Origin: Mustelus asterias
Lineage: Eukaryota
Assembly: GCF_964213995.1 (NCBI RefSeq)
Contig: NC_135808.1
Location: 35,154,001-35,218,000, forward strand
Length of the DNA stretch: 64,000 nt
Direction: 5' to 3'
Below are positions 37,549 through 48,639 of the stretch, in pieces. Numbering within the stretch: position 1 is the first letter of the stretch; each line of letters starts with the position of its first letter. Made by a program: the position numbers and the translations under genes. The notes under the pieces were generated by a model. The model searched no databases and was not told where the DNA came from. It worked only from the letters and a program-made list of their open reading frames with translations.

Positions 37549-39426
37549 CCATCCCAATAAGCCCAGTCACTAATCCGGTTCGCGTACCAATTAATCCGGT
37601 CACCACCCAACGACAGGACGGACAGAACCACAATGTGACTTATGTAACTCCATACACCATGACCCAACTCACTGACATAGCTAAAGTGATTGGAATATTC
37701 GAACTCTCTGGGGATCCACATGCTCTCTTTGACCAGGTCACCCAATATCATGTTTTAAACGGCCTAGACGAGGCAGAAAAGGTTAAACTTATTTTGCTAT
37801 GTTTAAGTCCTGCCATCTGTTCCGCCCCACCCGAACCCCAGAACGTGGCCGGGGGAACCCTACCAGAAATGAAGGCAGCCATTCTGGCCGCCATAGGCTA
37901 CAATAGGGATGACCCGGTACAAGGTTTAAACAACTGCCAACAAAAGCGAGGGGAACACCCGACAGCCTCTGCTGGCCGACTATGGAACCAATTTGTTGCG
38001 GTTTTCGGCCAATTTAATCGAGTTCAATTAAACGTACACCACCGATCCACATGGATCCGGACCCTGATAGCACACGCCACTGAGGGGAGCTGGAAAGCCT
38101 GTGAGAATTTTGACCTTGATGATAATGCACACACACAAGCCTGGGCCACCAGTAAAATGACTCGCGTGTGGGAACGGGAAGTCAGACAAACAGACACCCC
38201 CAAGTCCACAAAACACGGATTGATGAACCCAATCCACACAGACCCGGCCCCGGTTTGGCGGAACGAAGGGGGAGGTGGAAACAGGGGACTGGGAAACTCG
38301 GGGCACCCACCCCCATATACCCCTGCCAATCATCGATACAGAAAACTGCAGCCCCGTGCAGAACCCCGATATATTCCCAACCCCAGGTACAGTGAACAAG
38401 ATAAAACCAACCCCAGATATCCACCCCCATAAGCACAGTATTATAACTGCGGGCAACCCAACCATTTTGCCCAGTACTGTAGGGCACCACCATATTTCAG
38501 GGGACCAGCAAACCCCAAACACCCATACACTATTGCTGATCGCCGACACAGGGAATAGGACATAGGCCCAACCTCCAACACCGAGAACCATACAGAGCCG
38601 AGCCCAGAGGCCCACGCCCACAAGTGCAGTGTTATACCTGCAGGCAACCCAACCATTTTGCCTGGAACTGTAGGGCACCATGCAACGGCACCACGCAACG
38701 ACCATCTCAGCGGTTCCCCGACGATGGACCCTGACCCATGCCCCTCGAAGGACCGGCCTGACAAACCATTATAACCCACACCCTGTACCCCCAGGACCAG
38801 CACACGCATCCTTGGTTCCTGCCCCAATTTACAGGGCTTCAGGACTAAAACCCTGGCCCAGGGGACCCCGACGAAAAGGATGGGGCACCTACAAACCTTA
38901 CCCCCTATGGCGCCCCTGGTACCGGGACTCCCAAAAACGTTTGACCCGGCACTCACTACCAGAGATGGTAATGCAGTGAGTACCCGGCAGCCAAGGCCCG
39001 CCCACATAGGTTCCCTCCACTAAGGAAGAATCAGGACATCACAGTTCAAATTGTAAATAGCTTTATCCATCCACTCCATGCATCACCCAATTGAAAAGGG
39101 TTTCTTATCTGCCCACATTATACTGCACCATAATCTTCCGACACACCACAGTTTGGTTGTGGGATGAAGAATCTATTATACTGTGCCATAGTCCTCCAAC
39201 AACAAGGACACATGCCACATACCCAACATTTTATTTTCACACTCTGCAAACTCCTTACCCCACTCAACCCCATTAAACACTGATTGCCGACCAACCCTTC
39301 GTATGACACTATTGGGCCTTTATTATTCATTCACTTATTTCTTTTTTTTTAAAGTGGAAAGTCATATGACATTCTAGTAAAGAAAAGGAAAAGAGAATCA
39401 GGTACTAATAAGAATTACCAGGTGAA

Positions 39427-39616
39427 TCATAGAATCATAGAAGCCCTACAGTGCAGAAGGAGGCCATTCGGCCCATCGAGTCTGCACCGACCACAATCCC
39501 ACCCAGGCCCTACCCCCACATATTTTACCCGCTAATCCCTCTAACCTACGCATCTCAGGACTCTAAGGGGCAATTTTTAACCTGGCCAATCAACCTAACC
39601 CGCACATCTTTGGACT
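39427..39616 (-). mobile_element. 5'-truncated HE1 SINE inside the provirus
   Basis: Matches the HE1 3' half (compare 21456-21650). Confidence 0.85.
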
Positions 39617-39655
39617 ATTGTTATCTACCTTGGTGCTACCTTGATCTCCCCCAAA

Positions 39656-41700
39656 ATGAACTACATACTTCTCTGCTATCTGGGACTCCTCGTCTCAGAC
39701 TGAACCACAGACACCACACCAACCGAAGACCAGAAGATCAGCCTATGATACCCCGGATATATGTGGTTCACCCCACCAGATGCAGACAAATGTGAGGATG
39801 ACATCCTATAGGTACACCCCAATAAGAGTATCACCTATGGGTGTAATAACCAAAGAGTGGTGTACAGGAAAGATAATGGGAGCTCTGATTACTGCTCCCT
39901 AAGGACGACCCTCACTAGTGATTGGTGGGCGTACACTAACCCTGGGTGCATGGAGCTAGCCTGTCTAGCCCATAGCCCAGAAAAAGGGCTGGAATTGGGA
40001 AAGAAGTGCCCCGGTAAGGTTATTCAGAACGAGTACATATACAATGAAATTAAGAATAGGTTAAGACCAACTGTTAGCTCACCCATCCCCACTTGTCCCG
40101 AAACCACCCCAGGGCCCCAAAATGGGTTGATACTAAAACATACAAGGAAAATATTATTCGACAACACACACTACGAATTGGTACCAGTAGTGGTAGATTT
40201 AGCCAGAACACAATTACCAGACTGGTGTCCCTCCCCACTTAGAAAATTGTACCTCCACTTGACCCAGAGGCTGCTAAGCTGAAAGACCGGGACACACACG
40301 GGGGAAGTGCCGCCCAGGTCAAAGGGACGCAAGAGGAGGGAAATCCTGAATGATCTGGTAACTGCATACGGAGCGGGGATATCCACCATTAATGCACTGG
40401 ATCCAGCTGATTTGGATAATAAGCTCAAGTCCTAACCCGACAAGTTAAACAGACCTTGGACAGCTTAAATGAAAATGCTCGGCAAGATGCCGAGGGAGAT
40501 TTGGCTGAGAACAGGGCTACTGGCTTATAGTTACTGTACTAGAAGAACATGCCCAAACTAAAATTCAGATCGCCCAAGGGAGGGTGATGATGCCAGGCAA
40601 CAGAACCGAACCCTATGTAGCATCTATGGGCAATGGATGGTCGAGCAGTTAAGAGAGAATCTTGACCAGGTTAGCAGGGGGAAAGTTGCGTCCGGATCAG
40701 TGATGAACAGATTGAACACCTGTACTGGGGAAAAGGACACCCCAATGTCACTAACTGCCAATTACGGCAACTGACCAAGGTCTGGTCTAACGATAGTTGT
40801 AGATGAATCCCGGGGACCGCACTAGGAATGGTTTTGGGGATCCCAGTAACATTAAAAGATAAGGTTGGGTTGAGACTTTTTGAAGCCAAAAATAAAGGGA
40901 TTGTTAAAGGAGGGATGTGGATGGGATACCAGGGGACTCTACTGTATGTGGTTGTGAAAAGAGGGAAGCTCATAGGTACCAGTCTGGAGAAATGTGAACA
41001 CACAGACAAAATGGTCATGTGCCCATATCCAGTGTATGAAAATGAACATGCCCTGTGTGGATTCAGAACAACCACTGACCTAAATTGTACACTGGAGATT
41101 CGAAATTTGGAAAGGGATGTCACCGGGTGGCTTACAGGGGGGGAGGGAGAATATTGTATTACAACCTCACTAGAAAATTACCAGTATGGGGCAGCCATAA
41201 CATCCACGACATTACCTTGTGCATTAAACCACACAGTCCCGCTAGGATAGGATTAATTGAGATGGTAGCATACACAGAAGAGAGAAAACACTAATAAATG
41301 CTAGCAAGGAATTGAGACAAAGCTTAGGGGACTATTTTGAAAAATTTGATACCGGGATAACACTTCTACCTGAGAAACTTCAACAAATTCGGACACAATT
41401 GATCACAGCACACAAGACCTTTGTCAAAGTGGTGCAACAAACAGGGGAAATAAAAAAGAATATTGTGAAATTAGAGTCACTACATGGTGGGATGACCTCA
41501 GGGATTGGGGTTCAAATGTCCAAATCCACCCATGGGTCCGCATTCTGTCACACCTGGCCGTAATAGGAATCCTACTTATGGCAGTGTACCTAACCATCCT
41601 CACATTTAAATTCGCCCGATGGAAGAAGGAATTTCTGGAAAACCTGGACTCGGCAAGGGCCATCCGACATGGGGAAAGGCTCTACAATCAAGAACCTTGA
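39656..41700 (+). pseudogene. env: env relic: class-I fusion (F-like) glycoprotein
   Basis: Signal peptide MNYILLCYLGLLV; furin site RKRR at 40328-40339 followed by EILNDLVTAYGAGISTINALD; heptad region; Cys-rich domain (40828-41250); WWDDLRDW then a transmembrane helix ILSHLAVIGILLMAVYLTILTF; TGA at 41700; several stops and frameshifts. Confidence 0.82.
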
Positions 41701-41945
41701 TACTCCCATCTATATTGTAATATGTATAGTCACTTGTCATTTTGTACTGTTTATTACTTTGTTTTGTATTTACCCGATTGATGTATTGTTTCTTTATTGT
41801 TTTTTTAAATTATTTTACTTCATTTAAATTTGTTAGTACTATTATGGGTTAGGGATGATACTATCAACCCCAGATTTGGGGTACTTGCTTGTTGAGATGG
41901 TTTGGTAAGGATTGTGTGATCCGGTTCGCTGACGCTCACTGAATC

Positions 41946-41957
41946 AAGAGGAGAGAA
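41946..41957 (+). other. Polypurine tract
   Basis: aagaggagagaa immediately before the TG of the 3' LTR. Confidence 0.8.
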
Positions 41958-43070
41958 TGTGGAATATAATCTGGGCCTAGTTTTAAGGCTGATTAAATTG
42001 GATATCCTAAATTAAAGAATTGGGCATATTAAAATCAAACAGTCAAACCTCAGGTAGGCCAATTATACGAATACACAAGCATGTCTGGGCCTGGCCCGTC
42101 AAAGATCATTGCACTCTACTGAGACCCAGCAGGAGATCATCGCACCCCATTGAAATGTACCAGCCTATTGTTAGAAGCCCAGATCGGGCCAGACTTTAGA
42201 AACATAGAAACCCTACAGTGCAGAAGGAGGCCATTCGGCCCATCGAGTCTGCAACGACCACAATCCCACCCAGGCCCTACCCCCACATATTTACCCGCTA
42301 ATCCCTCTAACCTATGCATCCCAGGACGCTAAGGGGCAATTTTTAACCTGGCCAATCAACCTAACCCGCCAATCAACCTAACCCACATGGAGCACACCAG
42401 GATGGTAGGGAGTGGGATAGCTTGATCTTGGTTTCAGATGAAGGTCGGCACAACATCGTGGGCCGAAGGGCCTGTTCTGTGCTGTACTGTTCTATGTTCT
42501 ATGTTCTATCTTTGGGTGACTTTCTGTCACCTAGAGTTCCTGCAGTTATCTGGCAACAGATTACATGTCAGTAACACCATGGAGATGGACACCTAGGGAC
42601 GGACCCCAGTGTCCTGTCAGGCAGACATCAAGAAACCCACTGGGTATTGCAACCCCCTTATTGGCCGGAAACCAGAGAAGTTTCTGGAAAGGCAGGCGGA
42701 TAAAGGTACACATCTCAGACACACCAGGAGCGAAGACTCGATGAGGGAGGTGACCTTGACCATGCGGAAGACTGACCAGAGAAGGAAGGAAGAAGCTGCC
42801 ATTGAGACTCACCTTCGTGACGACGGACCAGAGGGACTCAGATAATCGGGCCTGCAGTTTGACCAAACCATCTTTGCCGGTAGTATACTTGAATCTGGGG
42901 TATCCTCTTGTTTTATGTGGGTAATTTAAGGGTTAATAGTGTTATTATTAATAAACTTATTGAACCTTTACTTGTGCTTGTCCTTTGTCCATCTTGCAAA
43001 TAAGAGCACCGGGGTAAAACCTTGGAGTAAGCAAACTGGTCGAAAGTATCTGAGAATTACAGGTACAACA
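41958..43070 (+). repeat. 3' LTR, containing a composite SINE/LINE insert at 42198-42509
   Basis: Starts tgtgg, ends gtacaaca; AATAAA at ~42950; followed by the TSD. Confidence 0.9.
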
Positions 43071-44147
43071 ATGTTAACCTTAAGAAAATCTTGAACAAGA
43101 GGGACCTGAACATGGCCCTTGCAGCTAAAGGGATCAAGGGGTATGGAGGGAAAGCAGGAGTGGATACTGAAAGTGCATGATGATATTGAATGGCAGTGCA
43201 GTCTCAAAGGGCCGAATGGCCTACTCATGCACCTATTTTCTATGAATCATAGAATCCCTACAGTACAGAAAGAGGCCATTCGGCCCATCGAGTCTGCACC
43301 AACCACAATCCCACCCAGGCCCTACCCTCATATCCCTACATATTTTACCCGCTAATCCCTCTAATCTCCTCCTGACATTTAATGGCATTACCATAGCTGA
43401 ATCTCCTACTACCAACATGCTGGAGGTTATATTTATTTTAGAGTAGTAAAACCTCTTAAAGTCCAGACGTCTTTTAAAGTGAAACGAAAGCTGAAGTTGC
43501 CTTAACATGCAATTGCAGAAAAACAAATTAAGCTTAAATATTTCGCTATCTATTTCCCGACATAAAATTCATTTCAAGTTTTGGGAAAGATATTGAGCCA
43601 TTTTCAACGGTTTTGTTATTGAGATTGATTCAAAGTTTGATGTAAGCCGAATACTGTGTTGTTGTTTGTCTACTGTTTTATCAATCTTCTGTATTGTGGC
43701 CAAATGGGCCACCTAAAATGGCGATTTACAAAGCACGCTGGGAAAATTTGCCAACTACAGAAACAGACAGACTGCAGCCTTAAATGACAGAGATAAACAG
43801 GCTGCAGCTCCAGACTATTGAATACACAGGATATAGGCAATCTCTAAGACAATGGACACTTTCTGATCAAACAGACTTGTTTACCAGACACACAGGTGCC
43901 TGAATCCCTTATTTGGGAGGGAGGTATGTTACCTACATGGCTCTAGCACCTACAGGCATGGCTGTTGGGTATTGATTGAATCCAATCAGCGTGGCAGCAC
44001 CTGATTGCTCTCTCTCTCACCAGACTTCACTGAGGACTGCAGAGAACAACACGCAGATAAAGGCAATTATCCTGGGTACTTGCAGTCATGCAAAAGTTGT
44101 TAAGGTCCAGTATTGAACTTGAACTTTAGTATTTCGTAAAGAAAAAT

Positions 44148-45720
44148 GTAAGAACTCGAGCAGGAGTAGGCCATCTGGCCCCTCGAGCCTGCTCCGCCAT
44201 TCAATAAGATCATGGCTGATCTTTTCGTGGACTCAGCTCCACTTACCCGCCTGCTCACCATGACTCTTAATTGCTTTACTGTTCAAAAATATATCTATCC
44301 TTGCCTTAAAAACATTCAATGAAGCAACCTCAATTACATCACTGGGCAGGGAATTCCACAGATTCCCAACCCTTTAGGTGAAGAAGTTCCTCTTCAACTC
44401 AGTCCTAAATCTGCTCCCCCTTATTTCGAGAACATGCCCCTAGTTCTAGTTTCACCTGCCAGTGGAAACAACTTCCCTGCTTCTATCTTATATGTTTCTA
44501 TGTGATCTCCCCTCATTCTTCTGAATTCCAATGAGTATAGCCCCAGTCTACTCAATCTCTCCTCATAAGCCAACCCTCTCAAATCCGGCATCAACCTAGT
44601 GAATCTCCTCTGTACCCCTTCCAGTGCCAGTATATCCTTTCTTAAGTAAGGAGTCCAAAACTGTACACAGAACTCCAGGTGTGACCTCACCAGCACCTTA
44701 TATAGCTGCAACATAACTTCACTGTTTTTAAACTCCATCCCTCTTGCAATGAAGGACAAAGTTCCATTTGCCTTCTTAATTACCTGCTACACCTTTGATG
44801 CACATCAATTTGGACACGAGGCTCGAAGCTTCAGTAAAAGAAGGCTTTTATTAACTAACAATGAAGCTATCAGAACTTATGTACACTATCCCAGACTGAA
44901 GGGGTCCCGTCAGAGCAGGGACTCTTATACCTCTCCCAGGAGGCGGAGCCCGACTGGGATGTGCCACAACAGTAACAAACACAGGTGTAACAACCCCACC
45001 CTAACCCAACAGTAACAGTAGTACAATCCAACAGTAACATATATACATCCTTGTAGTACTGGCCAGCCCTGGCTCAGTACTATCCAGTGGGAACCAACGA
45101 TGGTTCACCACAACCTTCATACCAACTTTTTGTGATTCATGCAGAAGGACACCCAGGTCCCTCTGCACAGCAGCATGCTGCAATTTTTTACCATTTAAAT
45201 AATAGTCCATTTTGCTGTCATTCCTACCAAAATGGATGACCTCACATTTACCAACATTGACCCTTGCCCACTCACTTAGACGATCTATATCCCTTTGCAG
45301 ACTTTCAGCGTCCTCTGCACACTTTGCTCTGCCACTCATCTTAGTGTCCTCTGTGAATTTTGACACAGTACACTTGGTGCCCAACTCCAAATCATCTATT
45401 TAAATCATAAACAATTGCGGTCCCAACACTGATCCCTGAGGCACACCACTAGTCACTGATCGCCAACCAGAAAAACACCCATTTTCCCCCACTCTTTGCT
45501 TTCTGTTAGTTAACCAATCCTCTATCCATGCTAGTACATTACCCGTAACACCGTGCACCTTTATCTTATGCAGCAGCCTTTGGTGCAGCACCTTGTCAAA
45601 TGCCTTCTGGAAATCCAGATACACCACATCCACAGATTCCCCATTGTCCACTGCGCATGTAATGTTCTCAAAAGGTTCCACCAAATTAGTCAAACATGAC
45701 CTGCCCTTCATGAACCCATA
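44148..45720 (-). mobile_element. CR1 LINE RT fragment
   Basis: ORFs 45400-45711, 45001-45390 and 44421-44759 (DFQKAFDKV, GVPQGSVLGP). Confidence 0.88.
44796..45112 (-). mobile_element. Solo LTR (Gypsy-like), 5-bp TSD ACCTT
   Basis: tgatg...caccaca flanked by acctt at 44791-44795 and 45113-45117; TATA-like and AATAAA motifs on the minus strand. Confidence 0.85.
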
Positions 45721-46261
45721 AGTAACTTATATTGATTGTGCGGGTGATTAATATCAATTGTGTGTGTGAATAAATATTACTGTACTAACAAGAAGTCAAC
45801 TCACAGTTCTTTGTCCACCGTATAATGGTTAAAAACAGACTGTGCGGCAGGCAAAACAGTATAGATTCATAACTCAAAATAAATTTACTTTTTTAACTTC
45901 CCCCAAAATCCCTGATTTATCAGTATGGTGCGTTCCTGTTCACTGAAATCGTCAGGAGCCTACAGGAAGAGTCCAGTACACAGCATATTGGTCAATGTCA
46001 CTGTGGACTGGTAAACTTTCTCCATCAATGGGTTTAGAATTTCCAGTTCACAGGAAGCTTAACAATTCCCTGAGAAAGAAAGACTTGCATTTTTATGTCA
46101 ACTTTAATGAATTCAGGACATCCAAAAGCACTTTGAAGCCTAAGAATTGTGATTTCAAGTGCAGCCATTGTTGTCATGTAGGAAACATGGCAATCAATTT
46201 CTGTAAGAAGTTTAACAACACCAGGTTAAAGTCCAACAGGTTTATTTGGTAGCCAAAGCCA

Positions 46262-46298
46262 CACAAGCTTTCGGAGCTCCAAGCCCCTTCTTCAGGTG
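46262..46298 (-). ncRNA. Minimal hammerhead ribozyme variant in a Penelope-type fragment (~46202-46312)
   Basis: Minus strand reads cac-CTGAAGA-aggggcttggagctcc-GAAA-gc-TT-gtg; stem I covaries with the other copies. Confidence 0.7.
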
Positions 46299-46939
46299 AG
46301 TCTTCAGGTGAGTCAATTTCTGCACAGCAAGCTCCCACAGAAATATGATAATGATCAATTAATCTGTTTTTGTGACATTGATTGTGGGATCCACACTGAC
46401 TGGAACATCAGTAACAACTCCCCTGCTCTTCTACAATGTATATTCATCTGAGAGGGCCTTTGTTTAACTGATCTGAATTTTGGTTTCTCTGACAGTGCAG
46501 CACACCCTCAGCACTCCACTGGAGTGTCAGTCTCAGTGGCCAAGTCTCCACAGTGTGACTTTCTGACTCAATGTCAGTCATGGCTTCGTTAAAACTTTGT
46601 CGATGTATAATATTTCTGTTGTATTAGATTCAGTTTCAGTTAAGTCCCAAGGCTGTGTACAGAATGCTTTTCCCCTCCTGAAAACTGGCAGCCTGCAAGT
46701 TTGATTTGATTTGAAGTAATGACTAGTATGAGCTGCAGGTGTCAGTGTTGTTTATGAATCCAGATATCACAGGAGAATAACCGGAAGGGTTGAATAAGTC
46801 TCAGAAAGTGGAGCTGAGAGAAAATGAATCTCCACAGCAGGCGACCCCTAAATAGGGTGGAGCTGTAAGATATCAAACCATGGACGATCTACTCACACAA
46901 TCAGCCCCAACACACTCCCTGAATCACCAAGTCACTCTC

Positions 46940-47218
46940 TGATGCGCGACAATCAAGCACGAGGTACAAGGCTTCAGCGATTGAAGGCTTTTATTGACAA
47001 ACAATGGAACTATCTAACACGAGTACACCAATCCAGACTGGAGGGGTCCCGCCTGAGCAGAGGGTCTTATACCTCTCCCCAGGAGGCGGGGCCCGACCGG
47101 GATGTGCCATAACAACATCCACCACAGGTATATTAATCCCACAGTGTAAACACCCTAACCCAACAACATTATAACATTGGAATAACCCCACAGTGGTAAC
47201 CAACGATGGTTCACCACA
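46940..47218 (-). mobile_element. Solo LTR of the same family as 44796-45112, 5-bp TSD CTCTC
   Basis: tgatg...caccaca flanked by ctctc at 46935-46939 and 47219-47223. Confidence 0.85.
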
Positions 47219-47449
47219 CTCTCCCAGGAATAGAGGCACTCTCCGATCACTGGTCAATCTTTCCTCTCTGGACCTCCCACTCTCCTGTCCATGAACTGAT
47301 CCCACCACTGCACATCATCACTGCCTTGGATGCTGTGAGTCTTCCTCTTCTGATCTGCTGTCAAACATATCCGAGGTTGCACATCCCACACTGATGTCAG
47401 TTTGAAAGCCCCTGAGGATGAAGAATGCTATTCCCACACTAGGAATCTC

Positions 47450-48022
47450 TGTCAAACATTTACCAGGGGAACTGAGACAGCAGCTGCAATAAGTGAGGTT
47501 TTATTCAGATGGGACAATGACAAGTTTAAATCTCCACCTGATCTGCTGCTCAAAGTCGCCTCCGTTTCACCGGTCAGTTTCCCAAGCTTCAGGAAACTCA
47601 TGTTACTCCAGAAATATTTGGATTGGCTGTGAGAGACGTCAATCAGAGAGCCCACCCACTCTGCCCATTCCTTCCTCTTCCTCTTTCACAGCTGCTTCAC
47701 TTCCTGTAGGGACTGAAAACCAAGTGAGGAGATGGTGAGTGAAGGAGCAGAATTTATAATAATTACATTGCATAATATCCACACTATTGGTCAGGCAGTC
47801 TGACTATCCTGTGGGGAATCAGGTGTGGAAATGCCCCTTATGCTGTGTGAGAAGATCCAGCTGAGAGACCTGTTTACTCGGTGCTTTGTGCTGAGCTGTT
47901 TGATTGGAGCTGTGTGTTGGATATTGAGTGTGTTTATTGGAAGCATTTCCCTTCTGATTTACAGGCTGAGTTGTGTTGATGGGTCATTGCTGAATATGAG
48001 AAGGTGAGGTGTAATTATCTGG
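47450..48022 (+). promoter_or_regulatory. ZNF promoter/first-exon module, copy D
   Basis: ATG|gtgagt at 47734/47735; micro-exon 47965-48003. Confidence 0.72.
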
Positions 48023-48639
48023 GAGGCGCTGTGACATATTTATTGAAATGTCTTTTAATGCCTCCATTAAAGATTTTACCTGAAGGTCTCGGCCTTTTCC
48101 AAAAGCCTGAGCTTGGATTTGATAGTTTTGCCCAGTGCTGTGTCTGATAATTGAATTTGGGATGTGCAGTCTGAGTGAGTGCAGTGTATCTAATTTCCCA
48201 GGATAAACCAGAACCCTTCATTCAGCTACACTGAAGCAGTATTTTCTTTACCTTCCAGCACTTCTTGCCCTGTGTGTTTTCTTCAAATAATTTGGGAAAG
48301 CAAGGGGAGAAATTTCAAAATCTCCATTGAATTACATTTTTTCTGAGTGTTTTTATTTTATACGCATACTTGAAGGATAAAACTTGTTTTTCCCAGCACA
48401 ACACAAGTTTTTGGGGAATTGGTAGCCCATTTTAAATGTTGCCCTCATGGTGCCTGGTAAGATGGGGCCTGGGTGGAGGAAAGAAAGTATCCATGTTGTC
48501 TGCTCCTGGTCACTGTCCAGTGTCCTTGCTGAAAATAGGTGTGTGACAATCAAGTGAGGAAAAAGAAAGGACTTCTATCTTGTCCCCACACAGGAGTAGC
48601 AGACCGGCACTTACTGTGGAACAGTCTCTAACTGGGAGG

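Larger units (their letters stand above)
36680..38979 (+). pseudogene. gag: gag relic: coiled-coil N-terminus, capsid-like domain, two CCHC knuckles
   Basis: ORFs 36680-36976 and 37635-38432 (MHR-like QQKRGEHPTASAGRL); knuckles YYNCGQPNHFAQYC at 38439-38480 and CYTCRQPNHFAWNC at 38630-38671; stops, frameshifts and a Penelope-type insert; 3' end approximate. Confidence 0.8.
36123..43070 (+). mobile_element. Pol-less endogenous provirus (LTR-gag-env-LTR), lokiretrovirus-like or env-bearing Gypsy-like
   Basis: TG..CA LTRs at 36123-36338 and 41958-43070; ATGT TSD at 36119-36122 and 43071-43074; PBS, PPT, gag and env relics. Confidence 0.88.
43695..45858 (+). mobile_element. Solo LTR (~590 bp, 4-bp TSD GTAT) interrupted by a CR1
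   Basis: TGTGG...AACA flanked by gtat at 43691-43694 and 45859-45862; AATAAA at ~45770; empty paralogous site cttctGTATagattt at 31-45. Confidence 0.8.

Noticed and set aside
38024-39007. Antisense ORFs over the gag 3' region as accessory genes
   Set aside because: C-rich/G-rich low-complexity sequence explains the lack of stops; no recognisable motif
47402-47738. Repeated ORFs 'MKAPEDEE..KYLDWL' and 'MRFYSDG..QVRRW' (also at 2646, 30375/30493 and 62550/62641) as a novel N-terminal effector domain
   Set aside because: They start at non-ATG codons, span the promoter motifs and cannot splice in frame to the finger ORF. Their similarity reflects DNA-level conservation of the module.
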